Assembly: GCF_033153115.1 (NCBI RefSeq)
Contig: NW_026889776.1
Coordinates: 2,604,001-2,668,000 of the forward strand
Direction: 5' to 3'
DNA: 64,000 bases
Source of the DNA: Saccostrea echinata
Lineage: Eukaryota
Under the pieces are notes generated by a model. That model had not been told where the DNA came from, searched no databases, and was given only the letters and a program-made list of their open reading frames with translations. Below are positions 1-12,400 of the stretch, piece after piece (positions within the stretch are counted from its first letter, which is position 1; each line of letters starts with the position of its first letter). The position numbers were made by a program, and so were the translations under genes.

Positions 1-2477
1 GTGTATCTTCTTCATAGTTGTATACAAGGGAAACGCCTCTTCCACCTCGGGGGCAAACATCTTTCTAATTCTGTCTGGGCGTGTGTCCGATTTCCGGCTT
101 TGGAAATCGCTCACGATTTTACATTTTCCCTTTATTCCAAAAAAGAAAGGATTTTTAAGAAAATTAATTTTCATTGTTTTCTTGTCCACATAAAAGACAG
201 AGTGCATTTATTTTGTCTCTTACCGCTTTAACGACGATGATGTATTTACTTTCCAGACTGTCTCTGACAATCACGTCATCAGGTCTGAAAATGTTCATTT
301 TAGTTATCTTACATTTTCTCTTGCTTTCTTTCCTTTTTTACCATTATAATTTCTTCATTTTGCTTTATTATTTTCATAAAGCAAATTTTTGGTGTAAGTA
401 CACAACAGTTACTAACTTGAAATACTGGTAGAAAAACTGGCTTGTGTTGTGCTGGAAAGCTTTGTCGCAAGGGAAATCTTTGAACAACATCAGTGATCTA
501 AAATGGGTTTTTAATTTTGATGTACTTAGAGGCAACAAATGTTCTCAAACTTTTGATTGAAAATTGATTTTTTTTTCTTACTTGCAGAATTCTACGTTTT
601 GTTCTCTCTGTTTTCGAAGTGGCTCTTTGATTATGACATCGAAATCCTTTAAAATCGAGCAAATCAAGTAAACCCCAGTTTAGTTTAAATATAAAATTAA
701 TACACAGTAATAATCAGTTGAAGAATGAATGATTTTCATACCTCTTTCAAAACGACTAGAAACTCGCACGTTGTTTTACAGATGATGGAGGCTGTTCGGA
801 GTCCCCCGTGTATCAAAGAGATCTCCTTTAAATAGACCAATGAACTGCAGATCAATATTGGTTTCAAAATAAAATCACATCCTATACTTCCTTCAGATCT
901 CACAAATAAAATGCCAAAATTTTGAATGAAAGTTTTTTTCATTATGAAAGACTACCCCAAACGTGTCCCCGCCGCTGAGTTCGTGAACGGTTCGCACGAA
1001 TTTGTTTCCTGTTCTTGGGTCTTCGTCCAGGATGTTCACCATGGCTGTGCCTGTCAACATGATGTAGAACATGGAGGGAGGGTGGCCCTGTTTCAGAATC
1101 ACTCGACGTGCCTCGTAACTGAAGATATATTATTCATGTAAATGATACGAACTACACGTTCATTTCTGATTCCATGTAAAAGAAAACAAAGATTGATTAA
1201 AAGAAATACAGGTATGTTGTTGTCAATTGAAGGATAACAGTTGTAAGTTTTGCATTGTGAGTAGCTTTTTGAACCTCTGTTTTGAAAAGACAGTTCTTGC
1301 TTTTGCAAACAATTAAACCTGTCTCAATTTAACTGCCTTAAGGTGGATTTATTTATTGTTAAAACAGAGGTAATCAATGATAACATAGTTCACATCAACG
1401 AATGTTATTAAGTAAGGCAAGTTCCAGACTAAACAAATTAATCTGTGCATCCCTAGATGCAACATTTACATAAGTTTGATCCAGGTAGGGTTTGCAGTTA
1501 CTTGCCTGTTACTAACCTGGTCACTCAGTCAGAAAATGTGGGTCAAATCCAGCTTGCAAAATCCTAGATATACATGGATCATACATTTGCTCTAGGGAGG
1601 TGGAATATTTTAATTCCCAAATCTTTAACATGGTCACTCGTCCATAAAATGTAAGTCACATCCAACATCCAAAGCTTGTCTAAAAGTATGCAACCCTAGA
1701 TGCAAAACCTTTAAGTTTTGTCCAGGTAGGGCTTGAAGCTACAGTGGAATGAGCCTGGAACAGCTGGTTTGAACCCCCCTCCCGACAATGGAAACGTAAT
1801 GAAATAGAATCTCTGCTGATATGAAGTTAAAACTATCATTTTATGTGCAATACATTTTGTTAAAATTCGATGTACATTTAAACTATAATTTTTCCCATGT
1901 TACTGTTAATTATCTCCATCCCAATGATTCAAATGTAATTAGGGCCACAGCTTTATTTATTGTCACGCGCTAGTTGCATGTCTACATCTTTCAAAATACT
2001 TATACTATTCAAATTTTATTGTGCTAGCTTCCTTCTCAACATACACAATATGAAGTATGCGTGGAGGGTATTTAGAAGTCCTTCTAGATACAGAGAAATG
2101 TTTCTGCAACACACAATTTTCCTTATTATTCTTTTTGTCCCCCGCTTTCACGAAAGCGAGGGGACATTAAATCTCATTCGTCTGTCAGTCTGTCCGTCTG
2201 TCACAAAAACTTTAACCTTGGTCATAACTTTTAAATGAGAAGAGATAGTGCTTTCATATTTCACATGCACATTACCTGTGGCAAGACCTTTCTAAATATA
2301 CTTTGATTTTTGACCCCGTGACCTTTGACCTTGAAGTTTGACCTACTTTTCAAAAGTTTTAACATTACTTTAAATTGGTCATAACATTTGAATGAGAAAG
2401 GATTGAGCTTTCATATATCAAACGTGTATATTACCCGTGACAAGACATTCCTAAATGTACTATGACTTTTGACCCCA

Positions 2478-2508
<31 letters not shown>

Positions 2509-5500
2509 CAAAAATTTAATCTTTGCTTACAACTTTTGATTAAGAAGAGATAGGTCTTACATATTTGACATGTACATTACCTGTGACAAGACCTTTCCAA
2601 ATATGCTATGAATTTGACCCCGTGACCTTGACCTTGAAGTTAGACCTACTTTTCAAAAAAATTAACAATACTTTAAATTGGTTATAAAATTTGAACGAGA
2701 AAAGGTAGAGCTTTCATATTACACAAGTACATTACCTGTGATAACACCTTTCCAAATGTACTATAGTTTTGATCTGGACCTTGAAAATTGACATACTATT
2801 CAAAAATTTAATCTTTCCTTATAACTTTTGATTAAGAAGAGATCTTTCATATTTGACATGTATATCCGGTATTACCTGTGGCAAGACCTTTCCAAATGTA
2901 CTATAATTTTGACCCCTTGACTTTGACCTTGAAGTTTGACCAAGACAGCTACTATATGTCATAAATAATGCCATCGCATCCACTAAGACATCGGAAGCGG
3001 GGGACCACAATTCTTTGAGTTTGCTTGTTTTTCTTTAGTTTCTTAATTTCTTTTACCTGCTCCACACGGGAAAAAATAACATTGTTAGATTAACTGTAGT
3101 TTTTATGCCCCCGCCATAAAATGGCCGGGGCATATAGCGTTACCCTGTTCCGTCCTCCGTCATTCTGTCATAATTCACTTTCCGTTATCTCTGCAACAGT
3201 TGCACACATTCAACTCAAATTTTACATATGGATACGCCTTAGGAATACGCAGGTCAACGACGAATTAGGTCATGGTCCGATGATTTTTGACAGAGTTATC
3301 CCTCTTGAACTCAGGAAAAAATAAATTTTCAGTTTCCGCTCTCTAACTTTTGTAGGGATGTATGTATAAGGTTGAAATTGCATATGTAGGTATTTTACCC
3401 GAAAATACAGGTCACGTTCGAATTTGGTCATGGTTCGATGATTTTTGACAGAGTTATCCCTCTTGAACTTAGAAAAGATGAGCAATTTTTAGTTTCTGCT
3501 CTCTAACTTTTTGTAGTGTTGTATGTATAAGGCTGAAATTGTATGTGCCTTAATTTTACCAGAAAATAGAGGTCAGATCTATTTGAATTTGGTCGTGGTC
3601 CGATGATTTTTGACAGAGTTATCCCTCTTGAACATAGAAAAAATAAGAAATTTTCAGGTCTGCTCTCTAACTTTTTTAGGGGTGTATGTAAAATGTTGTA
3701 ACTGCATATGCAGGTATTTTACCAGAAAATATGGGTCAAGTTCGAATACAAATTTAAATCTAAATATTGAATTTGAAATTTTGGCTGCTTGCAGGGTCAT
3801 TCATGTCGATAACGACACATCTAGTTTCCCTTGCATTATTTATTCTCTTATTCCTTCTTGTTTATGCTTCCAAAAAGCCCGGAATTTAAGGGGAAATAAC
3901 AATTTTCCCACCTTTGGTACTGCATACAGCGGGCTAGTTGTATCTGTGTGTGTACGGGGTAGTCCTGAAAGGAGGCGTTGTCCCTCATTAGAGCCATTAT
4001 CTGTCAAATAAAAACCCATTATAGGTACCGTCTTACGTAATTTTAGGCAACTTTATTAAATGAGCCATTTATAAAAATCTGCACTCACCACTTGAATGTT
4101 CTGGAGAGTCCTTCGTTCTTTAGGTATGGAGAGCAGCTCTTTTAACTTGTCTCTTAGCTACATTTGATAGAAAGAAAAAATGTAAGGCTTTTATTTTCGA
4201 GTCAGTTTTTGAAATAAATTTGACACTTTATCCGGTGTTGCGCTTATACCTTTGTACAGTTGTATACTTGCAGACTTGAAGTAACAATGTAATTATGGGC
4301 TACTTTGAGACTTACAGGTGATGTTCACAATTTGTTCTTAACGAAATGTCTTCATTTACGATAGCTCTTAAATTCTCATTTAATACATATTTCACATTTT
4401 GACAGTAGCATTACCAGAGAAGGTTGTGGCAGTTTTGCAGCTCTTTGTACTGGTGTTAAACTAGAAGTATTTAATATCTAATCTATTAACTTGTAAATGA
4501 TTTAATGTGTTTGATTCAATTGGTTGTTAAGCTTTTATGTAACACTTACTGGTTCAAATTTCCCGTATGTATTGGGATTGAATGCCAAGACTTGGTTCAT
4601 GTCATCCCGTAAATGGATGTACATCTCCATAAACGACCAGTCACTGGTGTTGGGTTTTAGAGTGTATCTGCAAAAGTCCCATTCAAAGATTTTCTATTTA
4701 CTGGGTTGTTAAAAAAATAAGACAATATTCTCATTATGACATTTAATTATATTTTGCCTTTATTAATCATCCAAATTAATGTGAAGCGGAGTGGATCAGA
4801 TACCCTTGACTCGGGAAGATGGTCTTTATGTAATTACTTTTTTTATATGTCGCCCACCTTTAATGGGGCAAGGTCTGGAAGCATTGTTCTACATGCACAA
4901 TGTACACCAACGTATTCGTGTGCGATTTCACGACCTTCTTTTACTCGTGAATATTTCTTGTAGCGAACCATCAATTTAGTTGTGTATTATTGTAAAAGTC
5001 GTGGATACCGACATATCGCGAATAACAGTTCATGTACAGTTTAAATTATGAATATAAAGGGGTGGGGTGGGACTGTGATATTTACCTCTTTAACCATATC
5101 CATATCCCGGATACAATCAGGACACTTCTGGCGATTCTTCTGAATTTGACAATGGACTAGAATGTGTATTATAAAACTATGAATACCAGTTACCAATATG
5201 TCAGAAAATATTGAAATGATATAACAAAGAACAGATTAAACATTAGAAAGGACATAAAATATACTTAAGAAATAATAAAAAAAATGTGCAAATTAAAATA
5301 TGTGCAATCTAGGCAGTCGCACTCAAGGTGAATGAAATTATAACCTTCTCCGGTACGTAGTTCTGCAAATAAAGAAATCTGGCATGAAATCTTGTGGAAT
5401 TTTTTTCACAGGGAAATGAAATTTTATTTTGTTCTTATCTCTTTATCCATCAACCAAGATTAAACAAAAGGACAGATGGAGAACTAACCGGTTCCCGTGG

Positions 5501-5986
5501 AGAGAGATCCTCTTTTGGTGAAGGCAAGGGAGGGAACAGTAGACCTTTAGTTGACATCCGCCTCCTCCTCTGCAGACGACCAAGACCTCGACTCAACATC
5601 CGAAGATGCTGCTCCCCAGTCACTGACGTCACAGAACTTCGGCGATGTTCGTTACCGATTGAAATGACGGAGCTCCGACGTCGAACCGGTGAAACACGAC
5701 CGGAGCTCCTGATACTGGTTGTGCCAGAGTTTATAGATGACTGCTGTTTGGGATTCTTTTGTGATTCCAAGGGTCTTAGTGAGAATTCTTTTAGCAGAAG
5801 TTTGTACTGTGACTCTGCCTCTGATCTGGCCAAGGAAGTGCCAAGTCTGACGACAAAGTCCGGCGTGTCCCGATCATCGCTTTTGCTATCTGAAAGATTC
5901 TCACCCGGATCCAGAAGATGTGGCACATCCAGACTCTGAATCGGAGTAGATGTCAACAGACGATCCTCTTCAATCGAGTTATCCAT
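1..5986 (-). CDS. Cyclic nucleotide-binding domain protein (CNBD2-like), 12 exons visible, 3' end beyond the window
   Basis: Phase-consistent GT-AG exons: 5489-5986, 5345-5362, 5086-5156, 4550-4667, 4089-4157, 3912-4000, 956-1118, 742-825, 582-646, 417-497, 224-284, <1-129. The joined protein has a cNMP-binding domain (YEARRVILKQGHPPSMFYIMLTG...LSGGDTFGEISLIHGGLRTASI) and the start of a second (FKPDDVIVRDSLESKYIIVVKAGKCKI). The start ATG at 5986 is inferred. Confidence 0.85.
2131..3032 (+). mobile_element. Helentron/HINE-type non-autonomous element with internal tandem repeats
   Basis: 5' hairpin (cccccgctttc acgaaagcgagggg), GTCT-type microsatellite, repeated gaccttgaccttgaagtttgacctac units, 3' hairpin ending in cttgtttt. 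Confidence 0.65.
3100..3827 (+). mobile_element. Second HINE-type element with ~167-bp internal repeats
   Basis: Start ttttatgcccccgcc...ggggcat; three copies of gatgatttttgacagagttatccctcttgaac; end gtcgataacgacacatctagttt. Confidence 0.6.
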
Positions 5987-6549
5987 AACTGAACAAATTT
6001 GTGGATTCTTCCAACAAAAACAGACTAACACTCAGCAGAATCACAGACTTTCTGTTACATATGTTTCTTTTATTTAAGACGTAATTACGGATACTAGATA
6101 AAGACTTTCTCGTTTTGATAAGTAAACATGGTGGTATTTTGTGGAGAGGTTAGGCATTATACAAACCATGGAACAGATTTATTGGTCATTTATAAGAAGA
6201 ATGGTCGAGTTACTCGGGAGAGTGACGGTATTGTTCAATCTTTATCTCTAAGAAATAACAGATTCCCTTCTGAATAGTTCGATACATCAAATAGAAACGT
6301 TTATCAATGAATATCGTGTTTAATCTCTCTTTTTATCGGACTTAAATTGAACTTGGCAGAGTGGTGGCATAGTAAACGAAAAATGTATTGACACTTTCGT
6401 AATCTATCTAACTCTTGCTTTCATTCCGTTTAAATTTTTCAAAGAGCGTTCTCGATTGTTTTTGGTTTATTTTTCCTGTCTTATTTGTTTCCTTTCGTTT
6501 ACCAGGATAGCCACTTCTCGTGAGAAAAATCAATACAGAAGACGTACAG

Positions 6550-6980
6550 TTTATTCTTTATCACGGTATGCATAACTATAAAGAAAAGACACTCTATGGT
6601 CATAGTCCTGGTGTAGATGAAGATTTAAAGCTATAGGCCCTATATGGCGTATCTGAGCTAAAAAAATAAAAATACGACATTGAGTGTAGATAAACATGAT
6701 ATATGTTATTTACGTTCAAATTAAAATTTTCGCCGATTTTGAACTTGAATAACCTCATGTTTCCATAGTTAAATTGATTTTAAACTGTGTCTGTTAATTA
6801 AATGCGGAGTCGGTAAATAAATCGGTTATTGTTTTAAATTTCTATATCTTTGAAACGAGATTGATTTAAATTGCGTAATTTACAGGAAAGACCTATATCT
6901 TTATATAGAGTAATAAAACAAATAGAAAGATCTTTTTTAATTTTAGTTAGTCTGAACTAAAAAATACGCAATATATGACT
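6550..6980 (+). mobile_element. Kolobok-like MITE (copy 1)
   Basis: Closely similar to 19774-20225; ends ATATATGACT followed by TTAA. Confidence 0.65.
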
Positions 6981-7065
6981 TTAAAAAGAATTAAAATTGT
7001 CCATTTTTTGACTCTCTATTACAGCAGAGCGTTTACAAGTTTTAACGTTGTTTGTTCGCAGAGGG

Positions 7066-7289
7066 CATGCGCAGATCGGGGGGGGGGGGGGGGTTCCGGC
7101 TCCACCCTGGAATTTGCAGAGTTATTAAAAGTATATACTGAAGCAAATAAAAAATGGCTTTGGACACCCCCCCCCCCAAGAAAACGTGGATCCCACCATC
7201 ACCACCACGAAATAGGTGTTTTTCATGTTTGTGAAATGCATTTTAGGTTGTTTTTATTTTTGGTTTTGCTTGTCCTGGATCCGCGCCTG
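7066..7289. mobile_element. Short MITE with CA(G/T)GCGC(G/A)GATC inverted ends and poly-G/poly-C tracts
   Basis: CATGCGCAGATC ... GATCCGCGCCTG; no clear TSD. Confidence 0.5.
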
Positions 7290-8228
7290 TAGGAGCATTT
7301 CCCTCTTTAAATCAAGTGGTTTAATATAACTTTTCAAGATTACTTTTATCTAACTTCATAAAATGGTACAAATTGTTGAGAGAAATTCACGTTAAAATTG
7401 TCTGGCTTTAAAATTCCTTACGACATAAAAATGCATTTCTTCAACCATCCATACTATAACATATCAAACATCCATACTATTACATATCATGCATGAATTT
7501 GCAACATAGAGATTGAACGTGAAACAATGAGACTTAATTGATCCAGTAGATAGAAAGATAGGTTGAACCAACACTATAAACGTTGCTAGTTGCTACAAAG
7601 GCAACAACTGTACTAAAGGTATCAGTTTTGTACATGTATATGAAAAAAAAAACAAAATTTAAAACCGTTCAAGTCACTTCCTCTTTCTTCACGGTAGATT
7701 TTAACCAAAATTTACTATAATGACAAGTTATGCTCCTTTTCTAAAATAATTTTCATATAAAATTTATGGAGCCCAATAATAATGCTTTCCACTTATCCGA
7801 TTTTGTTAGATTTTTTATCACATTTATTTTTGCATTCTGAGTTTATGTATAACAAAAATATTCTAATGCAATCACATGTAGTTTGATGTTGGAGGATATT
7901 AAAATTGACTGGACTATAGCAGGTGAGACTACAAGCATAATGTATTCAATGACACGATTTTTTTTTAATTTTACGAAACTCTTCAATTCTTAATTGTGCT
8001 AATTAAAGAGGTGGTTCCAAAATCTTTGCCCTGGTTACTATTACTCGTCTGTTAAAAGCAGATTAGATGTATGATGTAATCCTAACTTCATCATTCATGG
8101 AAAATAGATGAAAAGAGAATTCTTGCTGCATCCTTTAACATTTAGACAGAGAAATAAACACCACAGAGTATGCTACATCTATTTCATATCTGGATATTTT
8201 ACTGACTATAGGTGATAATGCCAACTAA

Positions 8229-8608
8229 GGCCATTCCAAGTTTTTTCTCTGTTTAGCATCCACCCATCTTTCAAAAACCTACCTACCCATTCGCAAAAAA
8301 CACACAAACCAAAAAAATAAAACACAGACTTTATAGTCGTAAAAATGATGTCATTCAAAAGATTTGATTTGATAAATCTATTTCCCTTGTTGAAAGATCT
8401 ATTCTTAGCAAAACCGAGGTAATAAATGCTTTAAATATTCCTAATATGACATACTGTAGACAAATATTTATAGAAATTAACAGAATTCAAAGATTTTGAC
8501 CAGAATAACCGATTTCAGGACTCCTGATTCTGTTTGTTTTTTCTGATATGGGATGTCAAAAACCAAAGCGCACACGGACGCTAAACATAGAAAAAACTTG
8601 GAATGGCC
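8229..8608. mobile_element. PIF/Harbinger (Tourist-like) MITE
   Basis: TIR GGCCATTCCAAGTTTTTTCT with 3-bp TAA TSD on both sides. An inverted second copy lies at ~37452-37835. Confidence 0.8.
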
Positions 8609-8611
8609 TAA

Positions 8612-9070
8612 TAACTAAACTGTATGACAAACGGGATGACTTCAGCTTTTCCATCGTTCAACTTCCCTTATATGTAGTAATATTTCAACATCACCTGAAT
8701 ATGGTGTTTAAGTCTCCAAATTGATTTATTACACAAGGACAAGCTCCAAGTACGATCAGTTTTTAAACAGAGGCAGGCTACTGACAAAGAAGTTGATTTA
8801 AACCTCATTTACAGTAAGCGTTTTTTTTTTTTTTGCAAATTCTAAGGTCGTTATAATGCATTGTTTGCAAATACAACCTATCGTTGGGTTGTATTTTGTC
8901 CAATATATTTCATACCAATTGGTTTGACCAGTCGACAGAGGATGCTTACTCCTGGGCACCTGATCCTGCTTCTCATTTCAAGGGGTTGGTGTTTTTACCC
9001 TGTTCATGATTCATATTCTTCACTGGATTTATGAGACTGATCACTGTTTGTTAACTACATCTTTTTCATG
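8612..9070 (+). mobile_element. Degenerate retroelement 3' fragment (Penelope-like RT C-terminus)
   Basis: Broken translation TKLYDKRDDFSFSIV.FP...SPEYGV..S.LI. Same family as 13380-15065 and 54580-55000. Confidence 0.6.
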
Positions 9071-9469
9071 AAGTGTGTCAATAACAATATTTTTTAGGTC
9101 ATCTACTTTATAATACATGTACTAACTTGAAAAACATAGTTCACATAGCACTGAAACATGTTTGGTAGTATTATCAGAATTTCATCCCTTCATACGTAAT
9201 GCATGCTAAGATCAGGAAGGATTTATTGTTCCTTACAAACTGAACACATATATTCAACCTGTTACAATGATACTACAAATAGAGCATTCTGCAAAGCTTT
9301 TTCCAGTTACTGAGGTAAGCTAAAAATTGCACAAAAAACTCTTATATTTAAATGAATCAGTTTAATAATGCTACACACAAAATGAATGACATGATAAACT
9401 GTTTGGTTTTAAGATTTTAAAAGTTCATCAAAAAAATACAACAAAAGATGAAGACGCAACAGTCATTGC

Positions 9470-12400
9470 TCAGTATCTGCCATGTCTTCCATCCCTTTCT
9501 CTGGACCTTCTCCTCTCTCTACTACGTGACCTTGACCTACGTTCCCGTGACCTTGATCGCCGACGCTCTCTACTGCGGCTCCTGCTTCGTCTTGTAGGTG
9601 GTGATCGTGAACGTGATCTATAAATAAATTTTAATATGTTAGTGTAAATTTATTTGAGTACTTTTTAAATAATCAATAAATTTCAGTTTAACAAACAGAA
9701 GGAACAATCTACTGAGGTTTTCTTACCTTCTAACCTTTCGACGACTTCTGCCATAGAGTTCACGTCTCAATTCTCTGGAAATCGGCTTCAAGTGCATAAA
9801 GTTACAAAAACCACCACGAGTACACTCACTTTAAACAGACAGAAATGTACAATGTTAGTATAATCATAACATTATATGGGCCATGGAAGATATTTACATA
9901 ATAAATTCCTAATTAACCAAAAATAGGCATGACAATAAATCCCTTTGAAATGATTGTCTTACCCCATTTCATACTGCCGACAACATGCTTCTCGGAAGTC
10001 TGTGACTGGTGACAATTCTGCATGAACTGGTCGGCCATTGAACCAGCGATTGTTCAATTCATTCACAGCTTTTTCTGCATCTTCCTCATATCGAAACTGA
10101 AACCAAATTGTTTACATTCAAGGACCATTTTATATGTACTATAATACATGTATTATGTAGTAAGTTTTTTTTTTTGATTTGCTGTAAAAATATTGATGCA
10201 GTACTGTAAACCTGAACAAATCAATGCCATTTGACAGATTTGTTTAGATCATATGCAAGATTTCATGCAGGGGTACAGGCATTTTGTATGTAAGAAAGAA
10301 ACAATGAAAAAATTGGCCTCTGATTCTATAAGTTGCCTTTCTAAACTATCACTAAAAATTTGCTAGACAGTGTTTTCCTCACCTTAACATAGACATTTCC
10401 CACCAAATGGTCACCCAGGTTGTCACAGACATTCATTTCTTCTATCTCTCCATACTGAAAAACAAAAACCACCAATCTATCCCAGCTTACAGCTTCTGTC
10501 TCAGAATAACAATTTATAATTTACAATTTTATAATTCCCAATTTACAAAGATTTAACTATTCCATTTACTTAATACTGCTTCACAGCAGAATAAATATTT
10601 CAAATAAAACTGTTGTCAAAATTTTTATTTCTTTGTACCATACGACACATCAGAATACATAGTAATTACTAACTGTACTGCTTGTATGTGTCCCCTTCAC
10701 AGGTGGATAAATATCAATGAGAACCATCTAGTGACAAAATTTACCTGTGCCAAACACCATATATATGACTACATGTACTCAATTAGGAATCTAGCTCTGT
10801 ATATTTGTGTAATTTCAATGGACTTTAAATATGTATTCTTATGTACGTAACACATTATTAGGGGGCTTCAGGTCCTACCTTCTCCAATTCTACATAAACT
10901 TCTTCAAAGAATTCATCATAAAATTGTTGTAATTCTGTATCGTCCATCTGGACTACAATGAATAGAAAACAGAAAAAAGCTAGAGCTGCCAGAGGAATGG
11001 ACAGATTAGGTCTTATCTCTACATTATAAATCTACAAGAAAAAACATCAGTATTCTCTGCAGTTAAACCAGGCTTTGGTTTGTGAAACATGACATTTTTA
11101 TTTGTTTCAACTTACCTTTCTTATTCTTTGACACAAGCAGAAGCACAGAGGTCATGTTAAAAGAAATGCAATTATTCTACAGGGAAAAAAATATCCCCCC
11201 AGAGAAAGAAGCTCTAAGTAATGCAGTGTGTTTGCCACAAATAAAAATGTCATGAATGGTCTTCTCTGGCAGCACCACTGATTTCTACAAAACAAAAGGG
11301 ACAACACACGTGGCCGACCTTTCACCTTATAAAGGACAGGGCCATTGGTCAAAATCCCATCAAACTTTGTACAATGTTTATATTACCAAAATATAATCTG
11401 CCAAAAATTATTCAGACAATATTCTATCTTTCATGGAGTTGTCTTTTTCTATTTAAATAAACAGATACTGTCATAATCTTGAGGAAAATTGTATGAATTG
11501 GACAAAAAAAAAAATCATTGCACAAAGTTTGCTGTCAAGAACCACCTCCACTTGGAGAGGAGTTAACCCTCAATTGACAAAAAAAAGTAGAGGAGAAATA
11601 GGCCGACATCGAGGCGAGACCCATCTGTTTGTGCTGAATGAAGAGGATGCAACACTGTTACGTTACCTTATCCTCTAACTCAGTAAAAACTTCCTCGAAA
11701 AAATCATCATAATTTTGCTGGCCTTGTACATCATCCACAGGAACTGAAAATCAATGCACAAACACTGACTCCAACTTATTATCATCATCCATGAATACAT
11801 TAAATTCATACATTTATGAGTTGCATGTGCACATAGAATTCATGTGCTTTAGGTATGCTTTTGGCATGAATACATGTGCATGAAGGAAAGTACATGTTCA
11901 ATTTAAGAAAAAAAATTATATGCTGATAGTAAGGATTCTGAGATATATTGAAAGGGCAGATCTGTTAGAGAGCTTTAAATGGTTCATATTTGTTTCTAAT
12001 TGAGGTCCAACAAAGTATATGTTGCAGAGTAACAGATTTAAAGTTTTTTCCCATAATTTTTCTGTCTCCGGGATCACTTCTAAGAATTTAAAATATTTGT
12101 ATTTTCTCCTGAATCTTTTTTTTTTCAATAGATAATGAAATGACTGAAAAATAATCCAGACTTTAAAAATACAGTGCAGGGTTTTATTGCTACCTTTTAG
12201 TCTCTCTTCATATACTGTACCTACTACCATGGGAGTGTCTTTGTCAGTATCAATCTTGGTTTGATTCTGATGTAGACATTTTTTGTATATAATACACCCT
12301 GTTTAATATGGAACAGTGGATGATTCCTTTGACATTTAGAACTTCAATGATTCATTTCTTGCTTCCTGTGTATGATACCTGCCTAAGGCATACCTAGAGC

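Noticed and set aside
5394-5939. 181-aa plus-strand ORF
   Set aside because: Antisense shadow of the first coding exon of the CNBD gene; no recognisable domain.
8925-8975. Possible ribozyme in the 3' tail of the Penelope-like fragments (also ~14925 and ~50685)
   Set aside because: The copies are decayed and I could not build a hammerhead, HDV or twister core. An Infernal search on a family consensus would be needed.
9727-9735. Alternative donor AAG|GTTAGA in U2AF1 exon 7
   Set aside because: It is 8 nt from a stronger GTAAG donor and would frameshift the RS domain; there is no other support.
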